This document shows positions 18,119-28,900 of a stretch of 64,000 nucleotides of DNA, piece by piece. The position numbers and the translations under genes are program-made. Origin of the DNA: Nitrosomonas sp. (GTDB taxonomy: Bacteria; Pseudomonadota; Gammaproteobacteria; Burkholderiales; Nitrosomonadaceae); contig JAJSDU010000010.1 of the NCBI GenBank assembly GCA_028577615.1, positions 15,541-79,540 on the forward strand, read 5' to 3'. The notes beneath the pieces were generated by a model, which saw nothing but the letters and a program-made list of their open reading frames with translations, was not told the origin of the DNA and did not search any database. Within the stretch, counting starts at the first letter, position 1; each line of letters opens with the position of its first letter.

Positions 18119-21100
18119 TCACTCCAGCGATTGATACGCCTTGATCAATTCACTGTAGTGGATTTTCAGTTGTTCCAGCGCGCTTGCCGCAGTCAACCGG
18201 GACGGTTTATCACTGCAATACCCTTGCAGGCATCTTGCGATGCCGTCAATATCGATACCCTGCCTGCGCAGTCTGTCTTTAAACTCGCGTGACAGATTTT
18301 TATCGTCCAGCAGGCATTTCAGCAGATTGCAGAATCGCTCCCTGTCATCCGAAGCACCCTCGCCACTCGTTGGGGGCAGTTTGTCGCCGCCCCGGTAGAC
18401 AAAGGCGCTGTGTACTTTCTCACGGGTAAATGGACGGCCTTTCAGCGTATAGCCTTCGGCGCGGAAGCGGATTTGATAAGCGCCCGGCATCTCGGCGGTC
18501 AGGCTGGTTTCATAGATGCCTTCACCGACAGCAGCCAGATGCAGAGTTTTAATCTGCTTGTTGGGCAGCAACACGGTTGCACTGACATGGTTTTTGGTCG
18601 TCAACGCAATGCCATATTGCGTCAGCGCCACACTCAGCGTCAATTTTGCACCCGGTTCATAGCCACTCTGACTGACGCGTGTATCCATTTTCAGATTGGA
18701 GTAGCTGTGCACCAGCACACTGTAAGGCAGGCTCGCCGCGGACACGCTGGTATTGGAAACGTGCGTGACTGCCGCATGTTTCCGGCTGTACTTACCTGTA
18801 AATGCCAGAATGGCGTGCCATTTTCCTTCGCGTTCCGGCATACCCAGTGGTAACGGTACATTCAGGCGATAAAAAGCCACGTGCGTACCCAATCCGTAAG
18901 TCGCGCCCGGCAGGGTAACCGTATCACCGGGACGGACAATCTGGCCATTAGGCGTTTCCAGATAGAACTCAAGCGCCAATGGATTGGCGGACATGGCGAT
19001 GACATCCACCGAAATATCGGCTTCATTGATGATAAAAGGAATGCGGGTTTTCTGACCGGGATAGAGCACGCCATCAGGATCAACCACGATATCCTCGTTA
19101 TTGACGCCGGCCTGAATCTGCAGAAAATACTTGGCCAGTTTGAAAATACTGTCCTGACCCAGATCATCGGCCAGGAGCATGTAGCCATCGTTGGCGTTGG
19201 TGACTTCATTCAGCGTGGCGGGTTCGATGTTGTCCGCCTTGCCCAGTCCGATAGCGAACATCCGTCCATTGATCAGGTCAGTGACTTCATGCACATACTT
19301 GGCTGCGGTTTCCTTGCCATCGGTAAATACAATCACTGACTTGCTGTCATAGCCGGTCACGGGATTCAATCGCAGCCAGGCTCTCTCGATACCGTCGCCA
19401 ATGGCGGTATTACCCGCCGGATTCGGTATGAAATTGTTGATCGCCGCTTTCATGTCGGTGCGATCCTGGTCGAATGGATTGCTCGGACTGACCGGCGCGC
19501 CGACCGGACCGATAAAGTCGAGCACATCGTGCGGATTATGATCGAAAGCCACTATACCGAGACCGTTGCCTTCGTGCAGAACATCAATCATGATATTGGC
19601 GGAAAAGCGCAGAATGTCGATACGCTTACTCGAACCGATGCCTGAAGGCCAATCCATACTGGCGGATTGGTCAAGACAGAGCATGACCGCCGCGGATGGA
19701 CGTTCAATAACATTGGCCGTAATCGGAATCACCCAGGCTTGTTCGGTTTCCGGGTTGGTGACGGTAACCGAGAATCCATCAGCCGGAGTAATCTGGTCGC
19801 CCGGCGTGGTGCCGGTGTAGGTTACCCAGAAATAGACTTCTCTGGGTATGCTGGAATCGCCTGAGGCGGGCAGGCTTTCCGCCGTGGATAACGCGGAAAA
19901 AGGCGCGCCCGGCGTTGTCATGGTGAAGTTGGCAGGCCACAGGCTTTTTACATTAAAACGCACGGCGCGCGATACCGTATCACCAGTGGGAACATCGTTA
20001 AAATTCAGGTTGGTGGTGATCAGTTCGATATCCCAGCCCGCTTCGCGCACTGCGGCTGCGGTATTGATGCGGCCGTAACCGTAGAACTCGCTGAAAAACG
20101 GATTGCCATCATAAACCGGATTGTTGGAAAAGTTACCGTTGACATCCTGCCAGCGTCCGGCTGCGCTGGTTTCACCCGGATTGATCTTGACTGCCGTTTC
20201 GCGCAGCAGATCGCGCACCTGTGCCCAGGTTAACTGCGGATTGGCCGACAGCATCAGCGCGGCCGTCCCGGCGCACAGCGGCGTGGCGTGAGAAGTGCCG
20301 CCGAAGTTGCTGCGATAATCCGGGTTGCTGACATTCACCGCGGCGCCATTCGCCTGATTGTTAAACAGGTTGCGGCTCAACGTGATCTGACTGGTGGCGT
20401 TGTTCACCGCCGAGATGAGGTGGGATTCCGTATTGGGTCCGCCGGGATTGCCAATCATGATGGCCTGTCCGTTCGCCATACCGGCGACACTGTTCACCAA
20501 AATCTGATTGCCGCCCGCATTGGCAGCCGCTGACAGCGTGGTGGTTATCGTTGGCCGGCCGACTGTACCATGCCCTTCCGGCGCACCGGTCGGGGTGGCG
20601 GTAAATGCGCCGTAATTGGCCGTCGGATTGTGCAGTGGCGCACCGCCCACATAGGCATCGTGACTAGGCGCGCAAAATCCTGTCTGTGAACTGAAGTTAC
20701 TGTAACCCGCCTGAATTTCATTCGTGCCGGTATTATCCAGCGTGGAGGCGGCAATGGAAAAACAGCGATTGTACATGCCCCAGGGGCGATCAAAGGCCGT
20801 ATCGTTGTCGTTTCCGTTATTACCCGCGGAAAAAAATAACACGACACCTTTGCCGTCACGACCGTCATCAGTTAGCCTGTCAAATACCGCGGCCATGGTG
20901 CCGCTGGTCGGACTGCCTACGGCCGATGTCAGACCGATACTGCTGGAAATGACATCGGCGCCAGGATCAATCGGGTCGGGAAAGTCGTCGTCATCGCTGT
21001 CCGGATCGAACCCGCCAGCCCACAGGTAAATGTTGGCGTAATCGGCCTCGGTACCGGCGCGGCGTATCGCCAGCACCCGGCAATTGCCCGCAACACCGGC

Positions 21101-22285
21101 AACACCCTCATTTATCCCGGCCACGCCGGATGAATTGTTGGTTCTGGAGGCGGCAGCGCTGGCGCAGGAAGTGCCATGTCCGCTCGCCAGATTAGTGTTG
21201 TTGGACACCATATTGGCAAAATCAAAGGCCTGATAAATCTTGGCATTGCCGTTGGAGACAGTGCCGTTCAGATCCGGATGATTGGGATCAACGCCTGAGT
21301 CGACCACGCCGATAATAATGTCGGGATGGCCGAAGGTACGGCTGATATTGATGTTGCGCAAAAACTGCCACGCATCCTGCGTATTGATGATCTGATGATC
21401 CCACTGCTCCGGAAACAGGTAATCAGTCGGCGTGACGGCATCCTCTTCCTCGGTCGAAGCGAGATTAGGCTCCGCAAAATCGACTTCGTCGAGCGCCGCG
21501 AGCTGGTTGATGATATTCAGCAGATCGTAGGTCGGTAACGTGTCTGTAGTCAGGTGATAAAGATTACCCAGCGCATTGATTTTCCGCTTGATTCTCAGTT
21601 TGAATTTTTGCGCAATCGCTTCGATGCTTTTTTGTTCGACCTCCGCTTCAAACCTGACCATGATTTCATTGGTCAGCATGGCAACGCCTTTATCCGTCTG
21701 CTGAATAATCGGCAGCACGGCTGCTTTGTTCTGCTGATGGATTTTTTCAAGAATTTCCTGGCGTCTGGCCTTGCTAGTATTTGCACCGAAAGCACAGACG
21801 GCCACGCCGCTTTTCAGCAGATCATCCTTATCTTTCTCGAGCTGCAAGCCGTATTCCTTTGCCACTTCGCGCAGCGTTGCAATGCGGTATTTCTCCAGGG
21901 ACTGCAAGGTTCTCCGTTCACCGGATTTTTTATCCTGTTGCCGGGTTATGTACAGCGCGACATGATTTTCATCAAACGTGAACGGAACTTTAACCTTGCC
22001 TCGATAGTAGTAAGGTGTATTTTTCTTCAGCAGGAAAAATACTTCATTCTGTTCTTCGTGGCACAGCCTGACCGAACGACGCTCCGGTTCAAAACCGCTT
22101 TTTAAGACTTCAATGGTATAGCGCCCGGGTTTGAACGGTTTCCCGGTTGAATAAAAACCCTTGACGTTCTGGCATGAGAGCGTCAACTGCTTCTCTCGCG
22201 TATGAATGACTATATCGGCATCGTCGACAGGGCGGCGTTGGCTATCCAGCACTTGCACAATCAGTTTTGTTTCTTTGATGTTCAT
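18119..22285 (-). CDS. 1388-aa multidomain S8 (subtilisin-family) peptidase fused to a vWA domain; no signal peptide
   Basis: The catalytic residues are intact: D329 (GVVDSGVD, codon 21299-21301), H370 (SGHGTSCAS), N489 (FFSAGNNG) and S665 (GGTSHATPLCAG). The vWA MIDAS is D872-Q-S-A-S876 (codon 19670-19672), GNTAIGDG and VIVFTDGKE. There are N-terminal beta-sandwich and propeptide-like repeats, and C-terminal Ig-like segments followed by a helical tail. Confidence 0.85.
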   Translation of the reverse strand: MNIKETKLIVQVLDSQRRPVDDADIVIHTREKQLTLSCQNVKGFYSTGKPFKPGRYTIEVLKSGFEPERRSVRLCHEEQNEVFFLLKKNTPYYYRGKVKVPFTFDENHVALYITRQQDKKSGERRTLQSLEKYRIATLREVAKEYGLQLEKDKDDLLKSGVAVCAFGANTSKARRQEILEKIHQQNKAAVLPIIQQTDKGVAMLTNEIMVRFEAEVEQKSIEAIAQKFKLRIKRKINALGNLYHLTTDTLPTYDLLNIINQLAALDEVDFAEPNLASTEEEDAVTPTDYLFPEQWDHQIINTQDAWQFLRNINISRTFGHPDIIIGVVDSGVDPNHPDLNGTVSNGNAKIYQAFDFANMVSNNTNLASGHGTSCASAAASRTNNSSGVAGINEGVAGVAGNCRVLAIRRAGTEADYANIYLWAGGFDPDSDDDDFPDPIDPGADVISSSIGLTSAVGSPTSGTMAAVFDRLTDDGRDGKGVVLFFSAGNNGNDNDTAFDRPWGMYNRCFSIAASTLDNTGTNEIQAGYSNFSSQTGFCAPSHDAYVGGAPLHNPTANYGAFTATPTGAPEGHGTVGRPTITTTLSAAANAGGNQILVNSVAGMANGQAIMIGNPGGPNTESHLISAVNNATSQITLSRNLFNNQANGAAVNVSNPDYRSNFGGTSHATPLCAGTAALMLSANPQLTWAQVRDLLRETAVKINPGETSAAGRWQDVNGNFSNNPVYDGNPFFSEFYGYGRINTAAAVREAGWDIELITTNLNFNDVPTGDTVSRAVRFNVKSLWPANFTMTTPGAPFSALSTAESLPASGDSSIPREVYFWVTYTGTTPGDQITPADGFSVTVTNPETEQAWVIPITANVIERPSAAVMLCLDQSASMDWPSGIGSSKRIDILRFSANIMIDVLHEGNGLGIVAFDHNPHDVLDFIGPVGAPVSPSNPFDQDRTDMKAAINNFIPNPAGNTAIGDGIERAWLRLNPVTGYDSKSVIVFTDGKETAAKYVHEVTDLINGRMFAIGLGKADNIEPATLNEVTNANDGYMLLADDLGQDSIFKLAKYFLQIQAGVNNEDIVVDPDGVLYPGQKTRIPFIINEADISVDVIAMSANPLALEFYLETPNGQIVRPGDTVTLPGATYGLGTHVAFYRLNVPLPLGMPEREGKWHAILAFTGKYSRKHAAVTHVSNTSVSAASLPYSVLVHSYSNLKMDTRVSQSGYEPGAKLTLSVALTQYGIALTTKNHVSATVLLPNKQIKTLHLAAVGEGIYETSLTAEMPGAYQIRFRAEGYTLKGRPFTREKVHSAFVYRGGDKLPPTSGEGASDDRERFCNLLKCLLDDKNLSREFKDRLRRQGIDIDGIARCLQGYCSDKPSRLTAASALEQLKIHYSELIKAYQSLE

Positions 22286-22700
22286 GATGTTACTCCTTTA
22301 GCGATCAGCGCAGCGAAAGTGTTGCGAGTTAAATTGCAAACCGTGAAAACCCCGGCATACCCGATTAGCGGAATTTCTCCGCACCGCACCTCTTTTCAAA
22401 CGCGATTGATTGAATGGAATACTTCAAAAAGGCGCTCAGCAATGAAAAGTCTTATTCATTCATCCAAAAAAACACTTTAAACACGATCCTATAACCAGGA
22501 TGTGAGATAAATCACATCGATAAAATAGTAGCATAAACAGGCAATGGCACTTTTGTTTCAAGTGGAATGAAAAACCGCACAGCACCAGATACGCGACGCC
22601 CGGTCCTGGAAAATTCTGTGTACAGAGGGGAGAACAGCTTTCAGGCTGTGTGTCCTATTGACAGACTGTTAACAGGCAATGCACCGCTTTCACAGCATGA

Positions 22701-25700
22701 TCACACTGTATCGACGATTTTTGAAGGATGCATTTCCGCACTTGGGCCGCCCAGATAATAACCCTGCCCCAGATCAATACCCAGTTTTCGAACCATCTCC
22801 AGTGTATCCGCGTCTTCCACGAATTCAGCAATGGTCATTTTGTCCAGTCCTTTTGCCACATCGACAATCGCCTTGACCAGAATCTGGTTATCACGATTGT
22901 GGTGAAGATTCTGGATAAAAAGCCCGTCTATTTTGAGAATCTTTACGCCCAGATATTTAAGGTAGCTGAAGCTGGAAAAACCGCTGCCAAAATCATCCAG
23001 ACACACCAGACAGCCAATTTGGTGCATGGCTTCGATAAACCGCTGGGCATTCTTAATATCTGAAACTGCCGCAGTTTCAGTCAGTTCAATGATGAGACGA
23101 CCGGGATTCACTTTTTTATTGCTGAGCTGATCGTATATGAAGTGGGGCAAAGTCTTATCATCAAAGGTACGTCCTGATATATTGATCGCCAAAGGCAGCA
23201 GGTCTTCGTTTCTGCTCAGCAAATCAATACTTTCTTTTATAACCCAGCGATCAATATGGATAATTTGCCCATTCTTCTCCGCGATCGGTATAAACTGACC
23301 CGGCATGATGAGCGTACCCTGCTCTTCCGGATTCCGCATCCTGACGAGTACTTCCAAATGTGCCAGGGCACTTTCAGCAACTGTATAAATACCCTGAAAA
23401 TGAAGTTCAAAAAGATTTTTTTCGAGCGCTTGCTCAATTCGATTTTTCCAGGTGATTTGATCCGATCTGGCCTTGGAAAGGTCTTGTTTAGCGTCATACA
23501 GCATCCATGTATTCTTGCCGCTGATCTTTGCCTGGTACATGGCGGTATCTGCATGCGTAATCAATTCTTCGGCTGTTAATCCATGATCAGGAAAGACCGC
23601 CATACCAATGCTGACGGTGATTTTCAGATTAGCGCCGAGAAAGTGCAGCGGAATGGATGAAATAGCCTGAATAATTCGCGCAGGCAATGAATTTATGGAT
23701 TCTTCGGCACCCGCAGACCGAACGGCACTTAAAATGGCAAATTCATCACCGCCCAGGCGCGCAAATATCTCAATATGACGCACTATGCTCGACACCTCTC
23801 CGGTCACGCGCAACAGGACAGTGTCCCCTACGTCATGCCCAAAAGTGTCATTGAAAAATTTGAAATCGTCCAGATCCAGGTAAAGTAATGCAAACTGCTC
23901 CTGATTGCGCTGGGCAAGATCAATGCGTTTCCTGAGCTGTTCCTGGAAACGATGCCGGTTAAACAAGCCGGTTAGTGGATCACGCTCGGCAAGATATAAT
24001 AACTGCGCCGCTGTCTGGCGTTCCCGGGTAACATCCTCATAAACCCACAATCGCCCTACAAACCGGTTGTCGCTATCGTTGACCGGGAACGCCTGTTGAT
24101 TAAGTACGCGTCCATCGTTTAACTCCAGTTCCGAATACTCATGAACCTGGTGCGTATCCAGTGCGTCATGCAGAAGTCCTGGAGCATGAGCAGAACACAC
24201 CAGACGTTTCATGATTTGCTCGAGTACAATTTCAGTGGGTACGCCAATCAGACTGTTATTCTCGTTGATCTTCCATATCAGCAAAAACTGCGAATTCACA
24301 AACTCGATTCGCCGCGCATTATCCTCGAACATAATACCGATCTTCATCGCGGATAATAGCGCAGCCATGCGGCTTTGCCCTCGCTCCGCCAATACGCGCA
24401 TTTCGCGCTGTTTCTTCTCTGAAATGTTCAGCTTTTCAATGAGACGACCCTGTTCTTCCTCAGCAGTTTTCAGGTCAGTGATGTCGAACATGAGCCCCTG
24501 TAATTGCCCGGGCTTATCCGATTTATCACTGAGCCAGACTGCGGCATCCCTTATCCAGATAAAGCTGCCGTTTTTCCTGAAAATACGGTAATTCGCATCA
24601 AAAGGCGTATTCCTGGCAAAACTGGCAGCTAACGTTTTTATAACGTACTCCCGGTCATCCGGATGCAATTGTTTTTCCCAAAGCCGGGGGTCGTTTTGCC
24701 ATTCATCCCTGCAGAAACCAAGCTGAGATCCGATCTGCGGACTCACAAAAATGTTGCGGGCGAATGATTCAGCCGCTGCGATATAGGTTACCGCGGGAAC
24801 CTGTTCGACCAGTGCCCGGTATCTCGATTCAGCGTCAAGGCGGCTGGATTGCACAAAAACGACGATAAAAGAAACAAGAAAAACGCTCGTCACGAAAAGG
24901 AATAAGACCAGTTGATCATGATGGATTTCACTGTGTGGAATAAAACCATTCGAGAACGGGCCGTAACCATGTGCAGTGCCCCATACCGCAATCAAGGAAA
25001 TGATTAATCCTGCGACTGCTGCGCCGAGTATATCAAAACGCAGACTTGCCCAGATTAATGGTGGAAATACCAGAAAGGCAAGTGATAAATTGAGCGTGCC
25101 GACTGACAAAAAGCTCCCAAATACCAGCCAGGCTGTGACGACACAGGAACCCATTATAAAAACAAACTGCGGCTCAAGCTGCCCAATCCTGAACCGGGTT
25201 TCCTTCAGGTAAGCAGGCAGGATCAGCAGAAGTGGCGTGAAAATCAATACACCGGCAGTATCACCCAGCCACCAACCCAGCCATGCCTGAAAGAAAAGAT
25301 TATCAGCAAGCTGCTCACCCACATACAGCGATAAAGTGCCAATAGTGGCAGTAATCAGCATGCTGCCTGATGCAGTCAACATAAAGACTGCTAAATCGTA
25401 TTTTTTCCTGAACACACGATGAAAATCCGTCAGGTTTTTCAGCATAAAAGCGCCCGACACGGCACCGAGTGTATTGCCTGTCGCTATACTGAGCGCATAA
25501 GGCAATGCAATTTCACCTGTTGTCAAATTGATGGCTGCTGCGCCAAGAAAAATACCGGGCCAGCAAGACACCCCCCAAACCATGACGGCAGCGAGCGCAA
25601 TGCCTGCTGGTGGCCAGAACAAGGTGATATTGGAACCTACGTAAGGCATGCTTAACCCAAGCTTACCGCCCAGGAAATAGACTAAAGCCAACAAAGCGAC

Positions 25701-25769
25701 ACGAACAACGGGATGATCAAGCACGACGTTATCGTCCGTCTTCATTCGCCTGATTTTTAATGGATCCAA
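22701..25769 (-). CDS. MASE1-PAS-GGDEF-EAL c-di-GMP signalling protein
   Basis: The 1022-aa ORF has a multi-TM MASE1 N-terminus (LVYFLGGKLGLSM...LFWPPAGIALAA), PAS segments, GGDEF (ARLGGDEFAIL) and EAL (EVLVRM, ELTETA, DDFGSGFSSFSYLK). Confidence 0.9.
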   Translation of the reverse strand: MDPLKIRRMKTDDNVVLDHPVVRVALLALVYFLGGKLGLSMPYVGSNITLFWPPAGIALAAVMVWGVSCWPGIFLGAAAINLTTGEIALPYALSIATGNTLGAVSGAFMLKNLTDFHRVFRKKYDLAVFMLTASGSMLITATIGTLSLYVGEQLADNLFFQAWLGWWLGDTAGVLIFTPLLLILPAYLKETRFRIGQLEPQFVFIMGSCVVTAWLVFGSFLSVGTLNLSLAFLVFPPLIWASLRFDILGAAVAGLIISLIAVWGTAHGYGPFSNGFIPHSEIHHDQLVLFLFVTSVFLVSFIVVFVQSSRLDAESRYRALVEQVPAVTYIAAAESFARNIFVSPQIGSQLGFCRDEWQNDPRLWEKQLHPDDREYVIKTLAASFARNTPFDANYRIFRKNGSFIWIRDAAVWLSDKSDKPGQLQGLMFDITDLKTAEEEQGRLIEKLNISEKKQREMRVLAERGQSRMAALLSAMKIGIMFEDNARRIEFVNSQFLLIWKINENNSLIGVPTEIVLEQIMKRLVCSAHAPGLLHDALDTHQVHEYSELELNDGRVLNQQAFPVNDSDNRFVGRLWVYEDVTRERQTAAQLLYLAERDPLTGLFNRHRFQEQLRKRIDLAQRNQEQFALLYLDLDDFKFFNDTFGHDVGDTVLLRVTGEVSSIVRHIEIFARLGGDEFAILSAVRSAGAEESINSLPARIIQAISSIPLHFLGANLKITVSIGMAVFPDHGLTAEELITHADTAMYQAKISGKNTWMLYDAKQDLSKARSDQITWKNRIEQALEKNLFELHFQGIYTVAESALAHLEVLVRMRNPEEQGTLIMPGQFIPIAEKNGQIIHIDRWVIKESIDLLSRNEDLLPLAINISGRTFDDKTLPHFIYDQLSNKKVNPGRLIIELTETAAVSDIKNAQRFIEAMHQIGCLVCLDDFGSGFSSFSYLKYLGVKILKIDGLFIQNLHHNRDNQILVKAIVDVAKGLDKMTIAEFVEDADTLEMVRKLGIDLGQGYYLGGPSAEMHPSKIVDTV

Positions 25770-25974
25770 TTACAATTTTTTATTTTAACTGCATGTTGAA
25801 TACACTGACTTTAAGCGCCTTAAATGTAAATCGTTGTATATTCTTATTCATGTATTTGGAACTTTTTCATTCAGATCAGGAAATTTGAAACAACATTCAG
25901 GCAAGAAAAAACTTCAGTTCAGCTTCCGGATACCCTGTAAATCCGCTCATCTGTAAATCACTGGAACGCCGTGT

Positions 25975-28900
25975 TCATACCGCCCTCAGCGATGGCCTGT
26001 TCATCTTGGTCAGCATATCCACTATCTCAGAAGCAGGCAATGGCTTGCTGCAATAAAATCCCTGATAATAATCACACTCTTTTTTCACCAACAGGCTCAA
26101 TTGCTCAGCAGTCTCCACACCTTCCGCAATAACTTTAATGTTGAGGCTATGCGCCATCGCAATGATGGCTGTAACGATTGCATCATCATTTTTATCCAGA
26201 AGAATATCATGTACAAATGAACGGTCTATCTTTAATGTGTCGATCGGATACCGTTTCAGATAACTCAAACTGGAATAACCTGTACCAAAATCATCAATTG
26301 AAATCCTGATCCCCATTTTGCTTAATCTGTTCAACGTTTCAATGGTATTGGAAACATTCTCAGCCAGAATACTTTCGGTAATTTCGAAAATCAGCGCGCT
26401 ACCCGCAGTGTCCGTCCGATCCAAAATAGAGATAACATCCTCCACAAAGTCTTCTTTTTGCAGTTGTTTGATCGAAATATTCACCGCAACTCGAGGCACC
26501 TTATAGCCTTCACTCAGCCATGACTTAATCCGCAGGCAGGTTTTTTCCAGCACCCATTCACCCAGAGATATAATTAATCCGGTCTCCTCAGCCAGCCTGA
26601 CAAATCTGGCAGGCGAAATCCAATCCAGCTCAACATGCCGCCAGCGCAACAAAACTTCCAGGCTCATCAGCTTCTTGTCAGCCATGTCCTTGACAGGCTG
26701 AAAAAAGAGTTCCAGCTGATTTTCCCTCAAGGCGTTTTGCAAATCCATCCCCAGGCAATGCCGTTCCATTGCCATTTGATTCATTTCAGGCGAAAAAAAC
26801 TTAAATGAACCACGGCCCGAATTCTTGGCGTGGTACATGGCAATATCGCTGTATTTCATTAATGTTCCGGCGTCTTCTCCATTATCAGGGTACAGAGAAA
26901 CACCGATGCTGGCACCGACATTTAACGCTTTATCTTCAATCTGATAAGGACGCATCAATGTGTTCAGTAACTTTTTTATGACCGTTTCCACATCCAGGGG
27001 GCTGTCAATACCCGGCAATACAATAATGAATTCATCGCCGCCCTGCCGCGCCACTGTATCAGAATCACGTATACTGGACAAAAGCCTTGCTGCGACTTCC
27101 TTTAATAACAAATCCCCGACACTATGCCCAAGCGAATCATTGATGACCTTGAAATGATCCAGATCCAGAAACAGTATCGCCATCCGGACTTGCTTGCGCC
27201 GGCTTAGCGCGATTGCCTGTTCAATGCGGTCCTGCAGCAAAAGCCGGTTCGGCAAACCTGTCAATACATCGTGATTCGCCAGATAGTTAACTTTCCGCTC
27301 GGTTTGCCTGCGTTCAAGCCATGACTCGATATCCTTGGCAATCAGGTCAATGAAATTCTGCTCTTCCGGCAACAGAAAAAACATATCCTCAACAGATAAA
27401 TCATTGGGATAGAATACGCGCAAACGGCCACTTTCCGTATCGTTGCCAGCAAATGTTGCATACAGATCTCTTCCGGATATGCTGCTCTCAGCATATTTCT
27501 CCGAAGCATACAACTTGTTTTTATATTCAATCGTTGCGATGGCATGCTCTGGATACTGCATCGCCTGCGCCAGATGATCAACAATACGCCTGAACAAAGC
27601 ATCTACTGACAACAGTTGCTCCATTGCGCGACGAATTGAATAGAGGCAGGTTGTTTCCTTCAGCCGTTCCCGCAGTCCAATTTCTTTTTGTTTCCGCGAA
27701 GTAATGTCAACCCTGACTGACAAATAACGATTAACGCGCCCCTGCTCATCCTTGAGCGGCACAATGGTTGAATCTACCCAGTAGAGTTTGCCATCTTTGC
27801 ATCGATTGCAGATCTCCTTATGCCAGATACCGCCACTGGCGATGGTTGTCCACATTTCAACAAAGAAAGCTTTGGAATGCATCCCGGAATTAATAATACT
27901 ATGACTCTGGCCAACCAATTCTTCGCGACTGTACCCGCTGACTTTGCAGAATCGATCGTTAACCTGAAGAATGCGCCCCTTCCGGTCAGTAATAGAAACC
28001 AGTGCGAGATGGCCAATCGCCTCGATATAGCCGGAAAGATCGCTATTGCTGGCCTGCAAATCTTCATTGAGCAGTTGCAACTTCATTTTAGAGGACATCA
28101 ACTCTTCGTTGGCAAGTTGCAACTCTCTATTCAGGAAATGCAACTCCTCGTTTGTCGATTGCAGCTCTTCATTACTGGAACGCAATTCTTCCTGTGATGT
28201 CAGCATTTCTTCGCGCGTAATCTGGATTTCTTCGCGCGCATGCTGCAATTCCGCAACCAGTGTCTCGATCGTTGTATTATTTGATCCATTCAAGTTGCTA
28301 TCCGACGACACTGCACTACGACTCGCGGTTTTATGGATCAATACGATATCGCCTTGATTATTCGCCATTATGGATACCGGAAAATAATGCTGCAGAGACA
28401 GGTGCCCATCTTCAGAAGCTGTTGAAATAACCCGCACCTGATCTTTAAAACCGGATTTAAGCATCCCCGAGAAATCCTTATTGGAAAGATCCTCGAGAAA
28501 TGACTGACGGGAAGGCTTATCGGCTCGACGATAGACCTGCAGTTTACTCTCGACGGGAACAAACAAATCGGTCAGGTTATCAATATCTTCCGCCGTACCA
28601 AGCAGCAAAAAACCGTCAGGATTCAATGCATAGTGAAAAAGCGGCAAGATTTTTTCCTGCAATTTACGATCAAAATAAATCAGCAGATTCCGGCAGGAAA
28701 GTATATCCAGCTTACAAAAAGGAATGTCTGTAATCAGGTTTTGCGTTGCAAAAACCACCATGTTGCGGATTTCTTTACGTATCCGGTAACCGTTCTTTTC
28801 CGGAATAAAGAAACGTTCCAGACGTTCCGGAGAAACATCTTGCTCAATCTTTGCGGAATAAAAAGCATGACGCGCTTTATCAATAATGTCCTGATTCAAA

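Noticed and set aside
22545-22560. Sigma-54-like TGGCAC-N5-TTTCA. A similar TGGCAC is at 37588-37604
   Set aside because: The -12 element is imperfect (TTTC, or ATTA at the second site). Both point along the plus strand, where there is no downstream gene.
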